In this document: positions 38,501 to 51,505 of the stretch, piece after piece
Numbering within the stretch: the stretch's first letter is position 1
Layout: each line of letters starts with the position of its first letter
NCBI RefSeq assembly: GCF_963921235.1
Contig: NC_086097.1
Location: 83,578,001 to 83,638,000 of the forward strand
From: Mobula hypostoma
Lineage: Eukaryota
DNA: 60,000 bases
Reading direction: 5' to 3'
Program-made: the position numbers and the translations under genes
The notes under the pieces: model-generated
Told to the model about the DNA's origin: nothing
Databases searched by the model: none
Seen by the model: only the letters and a program-made list of their open reading frames with translations

Positions 38501-39897
38501 ACATCTTTGATTATGCTTTTGTGAAGCAATTTAATGTTTTATTTATGTATAAAGTATAACGTAAGTACAAATTATTGCAGGTATTGTGGTGAAACGTTCC
38601 ACATGCATTTCATTTATTATAACTTGTTGCTGTTTATTAGCAAATGAAGTATTTCATTATTCTCAGAGTGTAATTTAAAGGCATTTTGGTAATTAATGGT
38701 GCCCCCTGTTAACAACCCACAATAGTAGAATAATGTTTTTCTTTTATGCTCCATTGTTATGTTGACTGGTATTAGATATTTAAAAAAAATTAATTTCCTT
38801 TATTTCTGCACATTGGATGAGACTTCTATTCAATATACAGAAAACATGACATTTGCCATGCTTGGATGAGGAAATGAGCTCTGATGAAATTCTACTACTA
38901 ATATATCTTGTCATTGTGCTATTATAGTATATTTTATAAATCTAGTTTAACTATGCCACGGTTAACATGGTTACTAGTTGTGTTTTTTTTTTATCCCTAA
39001 GTCGTGTAGGAATGGAGAACATGGGTTCAATTACCCCTTGCTTTTTATTTCCTTTAATACCAATAATCCCCTCGCTCCTCCATTCCTATCTTCTCTGCGT
39101 GAACAAAACTAAATGTACCTTAGGTATTCCACAATTCCAATGTTACTTTGGTGTCCTAAACTAGCTCCTTTCCCATAAAAACTCCTTTAATGTATTTTTT
39201 TAAAATTGGTGTTTAGAAAGCAAAGACGAACTAAAAAAAGAGAGGAAATTAACACTGATAACAATAATGAATGGGAAATGTTGTACCTTTGATCCAAACA
39301 AGAAGTAGCATAATTGTTGCTAGAAATGATAAATAACTGGGGCCAAACAATATCTGGTTTAAGGCCCTTTAAAATAAATGGAGAGGGAATCAAGAAATAA
39401 GAGATGGTAAAGATATTTGAATAATCATAGGGGATTTTAATCTTCAAATCAAATTGCCTAAAAGTTTCCAAAAGTAATGCATAATAAGGCCACATTAGAA
39501 AAATTGACTGAATCTTAAAAATTGACTGGATCTTATTTTGTGAATGTTAATTAACAATTTCTGGTCAGGGAAGCTCAGATATCAATGTGACAAGTTGGTT
39601 CAGGCAGAAAGCTATGTCTCAGTTAGGCATGAGCAGCATTTTCACTAAAGTGGAGTGGGAAATTAGTTTCAAAAACTTGGAGAAATGATGGCAAAAAATA
39701 TTTTTGTGTCTCAACAAATATACATTACATTGAGAGAATCATTGCATGGGAAAATGATCAATTCATGACTAAATTAAGGAGATTAAGGATGGTATTAGAT
39801 TAAAAGATTTGTAGAGATGCCAAGAAAAGTGGCAAACCTAATTGGGAGAGTTTTAAGAAACAGTGCTGGAGACCAAGAATGTAATAGCAATGAGAAT

Positions 39898-41206
39898 CAT
39901 CATCATCATCATCATCATCAGGTGCCATGCCCAGTTTGAGCTTTGACAGCCATGGCCCACACACCCCTGTTTCGGGTCAAGTGGATCAATTAATTGGTAT
40001 TCATTTCCAGTTCTCTGGCTGCTGTCTCCATCATCATTTGTCTTTGCCTTCCTCTTGCTTTCTTCCCTTCAATCTTTCCCATAATTACCGTGCATTCTAA
40101 CTCCTCCTTTCCTAATCACGTGTCCAATGAAGTCACATTGCCTTTTCATGATCTCATACATTATTTCTTTTTTTGTGCTTGCTCTGTTCATGACATCCAC
40201 ATTAGATATTCATTTCATCCATGATATTCTTTGCATCCTCCTCAGAAACCACATCTCTGCTGCTTCAATTCGTTTCCTCATGTTACTAGATATTGTCCAA
40301 TATTCTGAGCCATATAACATAACTGGATAAATGTAACATTTCAGTGCTCTGAGGTGGATTGTCATGCCTAGTTTAGTGTTGGTTAGTATTCATTCTCGTA
40401 AAGGTGTCTTTAGCCATCCTTGTTCTTCTTTTGATGTCCATGTCGCACCTGCCTTCTGATGTCACCCAGCTTCCTAAGTACCAAAAGTACTTGTTTTAAG
40501 TCTTCCCCGTTTATTCTCAGCCTGCAGATAGGATTCTTCTTTTTGGATATCACCATACATTCCGTCTTTTTGCAATTGATAGACCCATTTTTGCACTTTC
40601 TTCAACAACTATATCAATTAAGTTTTGTAGTTCTTCCATTGTACTTGCAATTAACACAGTGTCATCCGCATATCTGAAATTATTGATGTTTTCACCACCA
40701 ACTTTGATTCCCAAGATGTCTCTTTTTTTTGTAATATTGTTTCACTGTACACATTAAACAAATCAGGGGAGAAAACACACTCTTGTCTAACGCCTCTCTT
40801 GGTTTTCGTAAACTGACTCACTTCGCCATCTATTCTTACAGCGGCAGTTTGTTCCCAGTACAGATTTCTGATTGGGCGGAGGTCTTTCGAATCTAGATCC
40901 AGAGTTTCCTGTAATATTTTGAATAACTTATTGTGCTTCACTTTATCAAATGCTTTTGTGTAATTGATAAAACAAACCATCAAATCAATATCACTAAGAC
41001 TTCTAAGAATTTTGATGATGAGCTAAAAGTAAGATACAACCTGAGACAGGTTAAGAGCAATGTGGTTTTGTGAAAGACAAAGGTACAAGAAACGCGATAT
41101 TGATGTTAAGGATACTATCAGAACGAGCTATTCAAGTGCAAAAAGAGTTGGTTTTATCGACTACACAAAAGCATTTGATAAAGTGAAGCACAATAAATTA
41201 ATTCGA
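39898..41206 (-). mobile_element. RTE-clade LINE, 5'-truncated, with an inverted 5' segment (~40985-41206)
   Basis: (GAT)n tail; CFINYTKAFDKVKH, IRNLYWEQTAAVRI, KRGVRQECVFSPDLFNVYSE; 15-bp TSD aatagcaatgagaat (39883-39897) / aatggcaatgacaat (41207-41221). Confidence 0.92.
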
Positions 41207-42269
41207 AATGGCAATGACAATACATTAACAAAAAGATGAGAAAATTTCTAAAATCTGATAAACAACCATGTTAAGTGGGAAAACATAGCAAAATTTAAAG
41301 CATGTCCTTTGAGAGGCAAAGGTCATTGAAATGAAAATATGAAGTCATAAAAGAATAAACATATTTTTAAACCCTAAATACACTTTTTTAATCTGCCTTC
41401 TCTGTGGAATAAATTGCAAAATTAATAGGAATATCAAACTAAAGGTCTTCTAATGGGGGAGTGGAATCGTAAATTCATGTCACTTGTGAGGAAACAAAGG
41501 AGATTAATGGGGGCAAAGGGTGGGTCTAAACGGCTGCAAATCACCTCACTGTCTAGCCAGAAAATTACAGAAATAATGAATGGCCTGAAAGAAGATCTTC
41601 CAAAATCCCATGGATTCTGCAAATTGCAAAGTAGCAAATGTAACATCAGAGTGGCATTGCTATATCACTATGCAATATTTCCAAACTGAAGCAGAAATTT
41701 GCCCTAAGATTACTGACATACTCCCTCTTGTATGTGTTAGAGTAGGCTGTTTTTAGTGATGTTTCAGCTTTTACTTGCATAATGTGGTGCTAAATAGAAA
41801 TAGCAATTGCATCTAGTCCTTTCTGACTTGCAGGCTTGTTCTATAAAGAAAGGCTGAACCTAATAATTTCACAATTACTCTGAGAGATCAAAATAGTTTT
41901 GTAAAATTCATGATACGTAGTGCAATGCAATGCAATATTTCAATAAATCTATTGGTTATAAGGGGAAATACTTTGATGCAAACTGCTGCAGTTTATGATG
42001 AGCTTTATTCTTTGTAATGGAAATACTGCAGGGCTGAATGACTGTAAAATTTGTTCTCTGACATAGAAAACTTATTTGTTTCAATCACTTATTGTAGAAG
42101 GTTTCCTTGTAAACAAATCATAGCCAGAAGAATTTGGAAAGGGCCAAATACAGAGGAGGAATATCTCTACTAATGCTAAATTTATTGGAAAGTACATAGA
42201 GTATGAAGCACAGAAGATGGATGTTTCTTCAACCTATGCATCAAACACATTTATGTATATTATAGTGAT

Positions 42270-42745
42270 GACAGATTAAGTTTGTTATCACTGACTGGTA
42301 TGACCTGCAATTTGTAATTATTTAGCAGCAGTACAGTGCAGAGACATAAAAATTACTATAAATAGTTATAAAAATAAATTAAACAGTGCAAAGAAAGAAT
42401 GAGATTGGGTTCATAGGTGTTTAGAAATTTGATGGCAGAGGGGAAGAAGCTGTTTATGAATCATGCAGTGTGGGTCTTCATCTTTCATTTTCCGGATGCT
42501 GAATGATGGATGCCACCTTCTTGAGACACCCGCCTCTTAAAGGTGTCCTCAGTGGTGGGGTCCTTGTGCATATATTGGAGCTGGTTCTGTCTGCCATCCT
42601 CTGTAGTCTCTTACAATCCTGTGCATTGGAGCCTGCATATGAGGCTGTGATGCAACCAGTCAGAATGGTCTGCAGTGTCTCCCTATAGAAATTTACATAT
42701 CTTTGGTGACATAGCAAATCTCCTTCAGACTCTTAACGAAGTAGA
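42270..42745 (-). mobile_element. Rex1/Babar-like LINE 3' fragment
   Basis: NFYRETLQTILTGCITASYAGSNAQDCKRLQR, homologous to ORF 16392-16943. Confidence 0.8.
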
Positions 42746-43189
42746 GCTGTTAGGGTGTATTCTGGAGTTAGGGTATTTAACTTCACCAGCAACCAATCCT
42801 CAGACAATGAACATGGATTGTAGTTTGAATTTAAAATGCAGCCCTGAACAATAGCTTTCCTGGAGCTGTGGACTGGAGGTGATTGCAAACCAGACAATGC
42901 TGATTAACATTCATTTTGGGTACCTAGAATGTGAGTGCGAGGAAGGTGGTGTGTGAAAACTAAATGTAATTCAAAGGCAGCATTGTATATACATTGTAAC
43001 TAAAGAATTGTCCTGCATAATTTTCTTTAAAAATTCTTTGATCTTTAGCATGTAAAAATGTCAGGTAATTATTGGGTCGGGAGGCCACTTCCTCCAAGAG
43101 TGTCTCGATATGATGCCTGCTGCTTGATTTTGTTGAATAAAACACTTCTATATCCAGTAGCTTCATTGTCTGTCAGGTGAATATGTTCA

Positions 43190-43420
43190 CATTACAACAG
43201 AACCACTGGCATGTTTTCTTCATGTTTTATCCTCCAAGATGTTGGCACCCACTGCTGACTCCTCAATGAGGACTGGTTACATTCTCCCTACTGGACCTTC
43301 CTGAAATCCACAATCAACTTCCTGGCCTTGCTGATGTTGGGTGTTGTTGCAACACCACTCAGCCATCCAAACTGTCTCACTCTTAATGCCTCATTGACAT
43401 CTGAGATCTTATTAATAACC
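43190..43420 (-). mobile_element. Rex1/Babar-like LINE fragment
   Basis: NISKARKLIVDFRK motif on the minus strand. Confidence 0.6.
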
Positions 43421-43486
43421 TTTTTATAAAATATGCAACCTGGTTGAAATTTACATGAATAATGGATGCTTTTCATTTTGTTTCAG

Positions 43487-43553
43487 TTTGTTCTTTCTGG
43501 CTCAGATGACTTCAATCTTTACATGTGGCGTATTCCTTCTAGTTTAGAGACAG
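43487..43553 (+). CDS. DCAF5: DCAF5 coding exon (human exon 7 equivalent)
   Basis: tttcag acceptor, G|gtgag donor; 67 bp; FVLSGSDDFNLYMWRIPSSLET(G), a WD40 repeat segment. Confidence 0.95.
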
Positions 43554-44209
43554 GTGAGTTACCATACAGCCTGCACTGAATTCTGTGATGGTTTTCTCTC
43601 CCAAGAAAACAATATGCATGTACATTGCCCACGCTCCAAATAACTTTAATAATCAATAAAACATGCTTCTGGATCTCACATTTGAGTCTTAGTCAACGCT
43701 CCTCGTAGACAGGATAACTGGTGGCACAATCAAGCAGCCAGTGTTCATTCCTGCAATGCTGTTGAGAGAAAGGTGTGGTTTGGGTGGGGGGGTGCGGTTT
43801 GGATATCCATCTGAATGTTTCATGGAATTCCTTTTGGTCGTTAATTATTTAACTATCAAAGTTGTTTATTATTTGTTGAAGATATAGCAAGGAATTCAGC
43901 ACACCACACTTGCAGAGGATGAGCATTATTTTAGAAACTGGACAAGAAAAAGAATGAAGGAAGCTTAAAGTGAATTTGATAGAGCTGAGTAACTGAGCAA
44001 TCGTAATTCCCTTTAAAAGTTGTTGGAGGTGTGTTGGACCTCAATAATGTTATCAATAAATCACGAGATTGGTAGATCCAGTTAATGTACTTAATGTACC
44101 ATAGTCTAAAAATGTGCCATTTGTATCAGATATATTTGTTAATGATTATTTTTCAGATAATTTTAAAAGCAAGATACGTAGTCATACTTTGATTATGAAC
44201 TATTTGCAG

Positions 44210-44337
44210 GTGGCCCTGCCAGAATTGTAAACGGTGCATTCATGGTGCTTAAAGGTCATCGATCCATTGTAAATCAAGTACGATTCAACCCTCATTCGTA
44301 CATGATCTGCTCATCAGGAGTGGAAAAGATTATCAAG
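44210..44337 (+). CDS. DCAF5: DCAF5 coding exon (human exon 8 equivalent)
   Basis: ttgcag acceptor, AAG|gta donor; 128 bp; (G)GPARIVNGAFMVLKGHRSIVNQVRFNPHSYMICSSGVEKIIK. Confidence 0.96.
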
Positions 44338-45619
44338 GTACATTATATCACAAGCAAAAATTCAACACTAATTCCAATGTCATTTTTCCTGTTAACAATG
44401 CAGTTATTGTAAAAGCTCAATGTATAATTTGTTTGAAATATCCATTACCCAATTTACTGTCAGAAACAAAAAAAGTCCTCAATGTCCTACATGTTCCTTA
44501 TTTTTTTACAAAGTTGTTCTTAATTCCAGATTTATTGCTATGTATTAGAATTTATTTAGTTTCAACACTTCTTAAAATTTAATTCCACCTTGTATTTGCT
44601 GAAGTTCTAGCAAAGTAACTCTCTTGTGTGAGTGAAGTCTGAGTTTAAATATTTTTCACTTGTGTTTTCATAATATATGTGAAATTGACTATTTTGTATA
44701 TAAGAAATCAATTAACGGAAGAGGACGAAATTCACAGTAGGCATTCCCATTTAATGTAATCTTAATTCCTCAACAATTCTTTACATAAACTGCTGATTTG
44801 CATTGCTCCATTAATCCACTCTCCTGTGTAGTTTCAGCTGCTCTAGTAAAACTTTGCATTTGAACTTCCATACATTGGGATGCACTGCTGAAAAACATGG
44901 TGAATGTCGGTACAATAGCAGCCTTCAGAGGGGAATTAAGTAAATATTCAGGAAAAAAATATTGCAGAGATTTGGGGAAGTGAAGGCAATGGGATTAAAT
45001 GTAATTAATTCTGAAAGAGAAGATTCAGACTTAAAGCAAGTAATCTCCTTCCTTGTGGTACCTCCCTGTGATTCTCCAGGTGTCTAATGTCACTTTCAGG
45101 GACAGTTAGTCATACAAAAGATTTTTTTGTGCCATTGATACATGATGTTTGAAGTACCAAGCTTGATGCTTGAACATATATCAGTATCTCCTGCTGGATA
45201 ACTGGATAATCCACTATTATCAATTCTTCACTGAGCTTGGGGTCAAGGTGGCAGTTGTTCCCCCTTTGTGTCCAAACTTTCCATTTTTAATTGGAGTTTA
45301 CATTGTGGTTTTATAATGATTTTAGTGAACTCACCTGTACAACAGGGGAATGAGATTTAAAAGATACAACATCAGTTATATTTGCAACTATAGCTAGGAA
45401 AAGATAAATTACAATCTCCGATCACAAGTAAGTTTAAATATAAATGCAATCATTCCACAATTAGTCATTTGTTTTTACATAGCTTTTGAATTCTAATGGA
45501 TTTTACCTTCAGGTAATTAAATGACAAAACCTGAATAATTACATCTGCTTTATGTTTGTCATAGCAATGTGATTGATAAGGGTGTAAATATTGAATGTTT
45601 TTGTGCTTTGATAATACAG

Positions 45620-47488
45620 GTTTGGAGTCCATATCTCCAACCAGATTGTGCTGGTGACCTAGAAGGAGAGGTGGAAGATGATACCCGTAATCTTTATACT
45701 CATGAAGAATACATCAGCTTGGTCCTAAACAGCGGAAGTGGCCTATCTCATGATTATGCTAACCAGTCGGTTCAAGAAGATCCAAGAATGATGGCTTTTT
45801 TTGATTCTCTTGTACGGCGAGAGATTGAGGGCTGGAGTTCTGATTCTGATAGTGACCTTAGTGAGAGTACAATTCTTCAGCTACATGCAGGGACCAGTGA
45901 ACGATCAGGATATAGTGATTCTGAATCCTCTGCCTCCTTACCATTATCACCTCAGCAAGGTGATGATTCTGACGAGGCAACCTATACACTGGACCGACAG
46001 AAGCCCTCCAACTCTTCCACAACCAGGGAAGACTTACAGTCTCGTCAACAAAGATTGTCTGCACTCAGACGCTATCAAGATGAGCGACTTCTAACTCTTT
46101 CTAATGACTCTGATTCCTCAGAAAACAACTTTAATCAAGTGACTACAGGTTCAGATACTGATCCTGTGACAAGGCCTCGATCTCCAAGTCCAGAGGCAAA
46201 TGATTCCAGTAGTTCCAGTAGCAATGGCAGGAGGCGTGCGTCTACACGCCAAAGAAATGCTTTAAGGGCTAAGCAAAAACTCCACAGAGAAAAGAAGAAT
46301 ACTCCACAATTCAAAGTAAAACAAGATAATACTGATGATAATGCCAATTATTCTCGAATGCATAAGGGTGACCATTCTTCATCAGCTTCATCTTCACCAG
46401 AAAGGAGCAGTGCTGAGTTTGAAAATAATAGAGGAAGGATATCTCCTTACTCAGATAGTGAGTCTGAGGTTAGAAAGGTTTATAAAGCCTACAGCAAAAT
46501 ACAGAGTACATTCAGGTCACAATTGAAATCAAAAGGAGGTTCCATGACCTTTTTGTCTGTGAGTGATGTTGCACACACGAATGAGAAAGGAAGCTCATTA
46601 GGTATGTTACCCCAAGAAAGTGATGCTACGAGGAAAAGTACAACAGGATGTTATCAGAGATTTAGAGTAGAAAGATATTTAGATGAATATAAAGGGGAAA
46701 GCAGCACATCTCTACAAGCAAAGAGTAAGCATCCAACCCTGCTTATTCATGAAAGCAATACTTTACCAACCTCAAAGGAAATGATGTCTGGAGAGCAGGA
46801 ACATGTTGTAGAAGATGTCCCAAGTAGCTATACTGAGCACTACTATGAGGCCAAAAAGGTTAATGGGAAATCGGTCCTTGTGGGCAATAACAGTAACCTG
46901 ACTAACCAGTGTCAAGCATTTGGTAACCAAACACAAGAACTGTGTGATCACACAGAGGCATTGGAATGTGCAACTGCCCAACATGTACAGCAGGTGCCCG
47001 GTGATGAATCTGGTCAGGAATTCATTAGATCTGCATCCTCTCAAACAACTCCTTTTCCTGAAATTCATTTAACTGGAACACAAAGTAATTTTGATGAATG
47101 GTGCAGAGACCATGTTGATAAATCCAAAGCCAGGACTTGTGACGTGGAAGAATCCTGTTCAGAGGCTCCCTGCAACGTTCACAACAACGGTCTATTTGAT
47201 AAGCAATACACAAACCAGCAGGAAGATTCAGTGAACGCATCCAAGTCTGAACCTGGTGACTGTGTACAGGTAGCCTCATTGCACCACAAAGAAGAGTGTT
47301 CCCAGTCTGGGGTGAATGACCATTCAGAATGTACTAAGAATGGCATGGCAGCCAAACGAAACATTTTTGATTGTCCCCAAGGGGCTTTGTCATCAGCAGC
47401 GACTGACCAGTCTTCAGGAGGGTTGAAGAGGCTGCGAAAAGAACTAGATCCTGAGTTTTCACCAACTGAGAAGAAACAGAAGACATGA
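45620..47488 (+). CDS. DCAF5: DCAF5 terminal coding exon (622 aa + stop): end of the WD40 region and a long Ser/acidic disordered tail
   Basis: tacag acceptor at 45615-45619; VWSPYLQPDCAGDL...YTHEEYISLVLNSGSGLSHDYANQSVQEDPRMMAFFDSLVRREIEGWSSDSDSDLSE...EKKQKT*; lies within ORF 45569..47488. Confidence 0.97.
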   Translation, partial: VWSPYLQPDCAGDLEGEVEDDTRNLYTHEEYISLVLNSGSGLSHDYANQSVQEDPRMMAFFDSLVRREIEGWSSDSDSDLSESTILQLHAGTSERSGYSDSESSASLPLSPQQGDDSDEATYTLDRQKPSNSSTTREDLQSRQQRLSALRRYQDERLLTLSNDSDSSENNFNQVTTGSDTDPVTRPRSPSPEANDSSSSSSNGRRRASTRQRNALRAKQKLHREKKNTPQFKVKQDNTDDNANYSRMHKGDHSSSASSSPERSSAEFENNRGRISPYSDSESEVRKVYKAYSKIQSTFRSQLKSKGGSMTFLSVSDVAHTNEKGSSLGMLPQESDATRKSTTGCYQRFRVERYLDEYKGESSTSLQAKSKHPTLLIHESNTLPTSKEMMSGEQEHVVEDVPSSYTEHYYEAKKVNGKSVLVGNNSNLTNQCQAFGNQTQELCDHTEALECATAQHVQQVPGDESGQEFIRSASSQTTPFPEIHLTGTQSNFDEWCRDHVDKSKARTCDVEESCSEAPCNVHNNGLFDKQYTNQQEDSVNASKSEPGDCVQVASLHHKEECSQSGVNDHSECTKNGMAAKRNIFDCPQGALSSAATDQSSGGLKRLRKELDPEFSPTEKKQKT

Positions 47489-48112
47489 TTTGCACTTGTC
47501 CCAGCCAGTGCTTTGCAATGTCACTGAAAGCATTTATCTCGAACTCAACAAACCATTGGTCTGTAAACGAGTGAGAATTTTTGTTAACAATTATGTAAAT
47601 AATTCAATTTCTTGAAGAAATGCTAATACAGAAATTTTTAGAATGTGTATGATAATGGTATATAAAATACAAATTATTTGGAGTGATTCTAACTTTGGAT
47701 TCAAATATCCATTTTGGCCCAAAGGGTTTGTAATTTTTCTGTTAAGTATTCATTATGCCAAGCAAGGGTTAGTGGTGCATTTGGTGTATCAAATTGTATT
47801 GGATTGTATTGTTACAAAACTTTCCCTCATATCCACTAGGAAAAGATAAGCAAATTGATACATGTGGGCAGATACTGAATTTAAAATATTGAAGCCCATA
47901 GAGTAACAATTGAACAACTGAAGAGTTTTTGAAGTCTAACACTTTATAGTTGGAGGGTATTTTGTTTTTATCTTAAATTACTACCTTTTGTATGGTAGCC
48001 TTTTATTCATGAGAGGAGTGAACAGTTTGGCTCGAGAAAAATGTCTTGATGTTGGTTATATACATGGAACACAGTGATCTGCTGAAGGAAAGTTAGACAT
48101 GCTGTGGTCAAG

Positions 48113-48118
48113 AATAAA
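48113..48118 (+). terminator. Candidate proximal polyadenylation signal of DCAF5
   Basis: AATAAA about 625 bp after the stop, followed by GT/T-rich sequence (gttttgtgtttt). Other hexamers exist (48217-48222; ATTAAA 49616-49621), so the site actually used is unknown. Confidence 0.4.
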
Positions 48119-49046
48119 GTTTTGTGTTTTAATTTCTTCAGGACAATTATTTGAAGCACAACACTTCTGCACAGTGGGCACCTGATTAGCTATCACTTTC
48201 TTTAACTGTTGAGAAAAATAAATATTGCCATTCACAATCTTTGTGTCTTGCTGTATTCCTGCCTCTGTGCTGTTTCCTCCAGCTAAGGCGGCAAACAGTT
48301 CTTTTGCAATCCAAGGATGATAGTGGATTGTTAACTTGAACCACAGTCCTTGTGGATTTGATCAGGTGAGTAAATTTAGACAAAAAATGTGTTAATGAAG
48401 TTTTCTTAAGATATCTTAAAATTTCAACTGTACAATGAGAGTAGATTAATACTGTAATTGCCCTTTGTAAATGGCTGATAAGATTGGAAGGCTGGTTTGA
48501 GGTGATGGTCAGAAAGGGAATTGTGTGTTGCAGAAGGGAAGAAAGGACAACACATTGTGAGGAGCTGGGTGGAGGAGGCAATGGGTTAGGTGAGCTAGTC
48601 AAAAAACATGCCTTTTCATTATTGGGGAAATGTGGATCCAGCTACAGGTGATGAAAGGTTTAAACCCAAAACAAGTTTGCGTATTTATAGCACTCTTGAT
48701 TCAGTAATTAGTTGTGGTGAGTCAACAGTCTTATTTGCAGCAGTTTGAGGATAGTTGAAATAAAAAATGAAAATATGCACTGCAGATCAATCCACTTGAT
48801 TGCCATTTTTACCAAAATTAATGACATGGAAGAAATGTATCCCTATTGTCACACCTGTTTGATCTGTGTCTTTACACTAAATGCTGCTGAAGTAATCAGT
48901 TTTAAAATTTATTTCTGGTGGCCCAGATAATAAATCCATTTCATTCAAACAGACTAATTATCTCCGCCATAGTTTCTGATTTATACTAGGTTACTTAATT
49001 TTGTTTGAGGTCTGGTAGCTGTGCTTAAATTGGGGTCTGTACTGCC

Positions 49047-49047
49047 A

Positions 49048-49087
<40 letters not shown>

Positions 49088-49092
49088 TAAAA
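49047..49092. repeat. poly(A) run followed by a (TA)n microsatellite
   Basis: Seen directly. Confidence 0.95.
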
Positions 49093-49969
49093 GCTCCCAA
49101 AGATCAAGGATCTCAGTGTAATGATCCTATTGGAAATGTGTGCATCGTTCAGGTGAGAAGAGAGCAGACATCTTTGGGTTGCTTTTGTAATGGATTAGCC
49201 TCTCAAGTTGATTCTTTAAAATATTTGCAAGATGTTGGTGGCACTGAGGCCAATGTATATAGTCCACCTCTATCTTCTGTTGAGAAGGTGGTGATTTCTC
49301 CTTGGTGTATTTAGTGAATGCTATTGCACAGTGAGTTACATCACTCAAACCCAGCCAGTTCCAAGTTGGAATAGTATAGATTGTGCAGTTTATGATGTTC
49401 CCAAGTGTCTGTGCTCTTGTAAAGTGTGGCTCTACTTGAGGCAGACTAGCTTTGTACTAATGGAGTAATGACCACCTTCAGCTTTTGGAAGAAGTGTAAA
49501 TTGGCTCAGAAAAATATAAAATGGTAATATTTTTTACAATCTAAAAAATATTCAAATTATTTTCCTTACTGAAGCCTGGTATGAGTTTTGCTTAACCATG
49601 CAAGAGTTGGTTTCTATTAAAAAATCTCTACCGTGTTAAGTGATTTAATATCTCAGAATGGGGGATCTTGTGCTGTGCCCCATTTGTACAAGTTTTCTGC
49701 TTATCCTTCAACTCATAATTTTGTACTTTAAGGATCAATGGGTCAAACTGATGATTGAAACAAGTCATCTGGTTCGGTTATCAATGACTGCACTAATACT
49801 CCCACATCTTAACCAATAAGGTGTAGGGATTTGGAAAGAATTAGTAATGACTGAAATAGAAACAAGGTGACATATAATCTATCCAGGAGAAATTTGAAAA
49901 AACAAGCAAAGAATATTTTTGAGGAAAGAGGGAGAAGGGAAAAACAAATAATTGTTACAAAGTTTTTGA

Positions 49970-51505
49970 AATAAGACTTGAGAGCAGAATTAGGCCATTT
50001 GGCCCATCGAATCTGCTCCACCATTCAATTATGGCTGATCTTTTCTCCCCTCCTCAGCCCCACTCCCCGGCCCTTTCCCTGTAGGCTTTGATGCCATGTC
50101 CAATCAAGAACCTATCAAGCTCTGCCTTAAATGCACCCAACGACCTGGCCTCCACAGATGCTTGTAATAAATTCCACAAATTCACCACCCTCTGGCTAAA
50201 GAAATTCCTTTGCAATTCTGTTTTAAATGGACACCCATCTATCCTGAGGCTGTGCCCCCTTGTCCTAGACTCCCCCACCATGGGAAACATCCTTTCCTCA
50301 TCTACTCTGCCTAGGCCTTTCAAAAGGTTTCAATGAGATTCCCCTCTCTCCCTTCTGAATTCCAGCGAGTACAGACCCAGGGCCATCAAACGTTCCTCAT
50401 ATGATAACCCTTTCATTCCTGGAATCAGCCTTGTTAACCTACTCTGGACCCTCTCCAATGCCAGCACATCTTTTTTAAAATGAGGGGCCCAAAACTGTTC
50501 ACAATACTCAAGGTGAGGCCTCACCAGTGTCTTGTAAAGCCTCAGCATCACATCCCTGCTCCTGTATTCTAGATCTCTTGAAATGAACGGTAACCTCTTC
50601 ACCACTGACTCTACCTGCAAGTTAACTTTTAGGGTATCTGCATAAGGACTCCCAAGTCCCTTTGCATCTCAGATTTTTGGATTTTCTCCCTGTTTAGAAA
50701 ATAGTCTGCACATTTATTTCTACCACCAAAGTGCATGACCGTGCATTTTCCAACATTGTATTTAATTTGCCACTATCTTGCCCATCCTCCTAATCTGTCT
50801 TAAGTCCTTCTGCAGTCTACCTCTTTCCTCAACACTTCCTCCCTCTCCACCAATCTTTGTAACATCTTGCAAACTTGGCAACAAAGCCATCTATTCCATC
50901 ATCTAAATCATTGATATACAGTATAAAAAGAAGTCCGAACACCACTAGTCCTTGGCAGCCAACCAGAAAAGGATCCTTTTATTCCCATTCACTGCCTCCT
51001 ACCAATCAACCAATGCTCTAACCATGCCAATAACTTCCCTGTAATACCATGGGCACTTAACTAAGTAAGCAACCTCATGTGTGACACCTTGTCAAAGGCC
51101 TTCTGGAAGTCCAAATATATACCTTCCACTGCATCCCCTTTATCTATCCCATGTGTAATCTCTTCAAAGAATTCCAACGGGTTCGTTAGGCAAGATTTTT
51201 GCTTAGGGAAACCATGCTGACTTTGTCCTATCTTGTCCGGTGTCACCAAGTACTCCATAACCTCATCTTAACAATTGACTCCAATATCTTCCCAACCACT
51301 GAGGTCAAGCTATCTGGTCTATTATTTCCTTTCTGCTGCTTTCCTTTTCTAAAAGTGATGTGACATTTGCAATTTTCTAGTCCTCTGGCACCATACCAGA
51401 GTCCAATGATTTTTGAAAGATTATTAGTAATGCCTCCACAATCTCTACCACTACCTCTTTCAGAATCCTAGGGTGCAGCTCATCTCGTCCAGGTGACTTG
51501 TGCCC
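49970..51505 (-). mobile_element. CR1 LINE fragment (RT domain to 3' tail)
   Basis: IGQSQHGFPKQKSCLTN.LEFFEE, YLDFQKAFDKV, LYKTLVRPHLEYCEQFWAPH, RNFFSQRVVNLWNLL; same family as 5865, 20362 and 21715. Confidence 0.93.

Noticed and set aside
39500..39536. 18-bp tandem duplication aaaattgactg(a/g)atctta
   Set aside because: Ordinary slippage duplication.
45569..45619. N-terminal extension MIDKGVNIECFCALIIQ of the 639-aa ORF as a standalone gene start
   Set aside because: It is intronic read-through upstream of the tacag acceptor; the exon starts at 45620 in phase with the 44210-44337 exon.
48645..48680. gtgatgaaaggtttaaacccaaaac as a hammerhead in the DCAF5 3' UTR
   Set aside because: Both core boxes are altered and no stem I is visible; at most a very old Penelope remnant.
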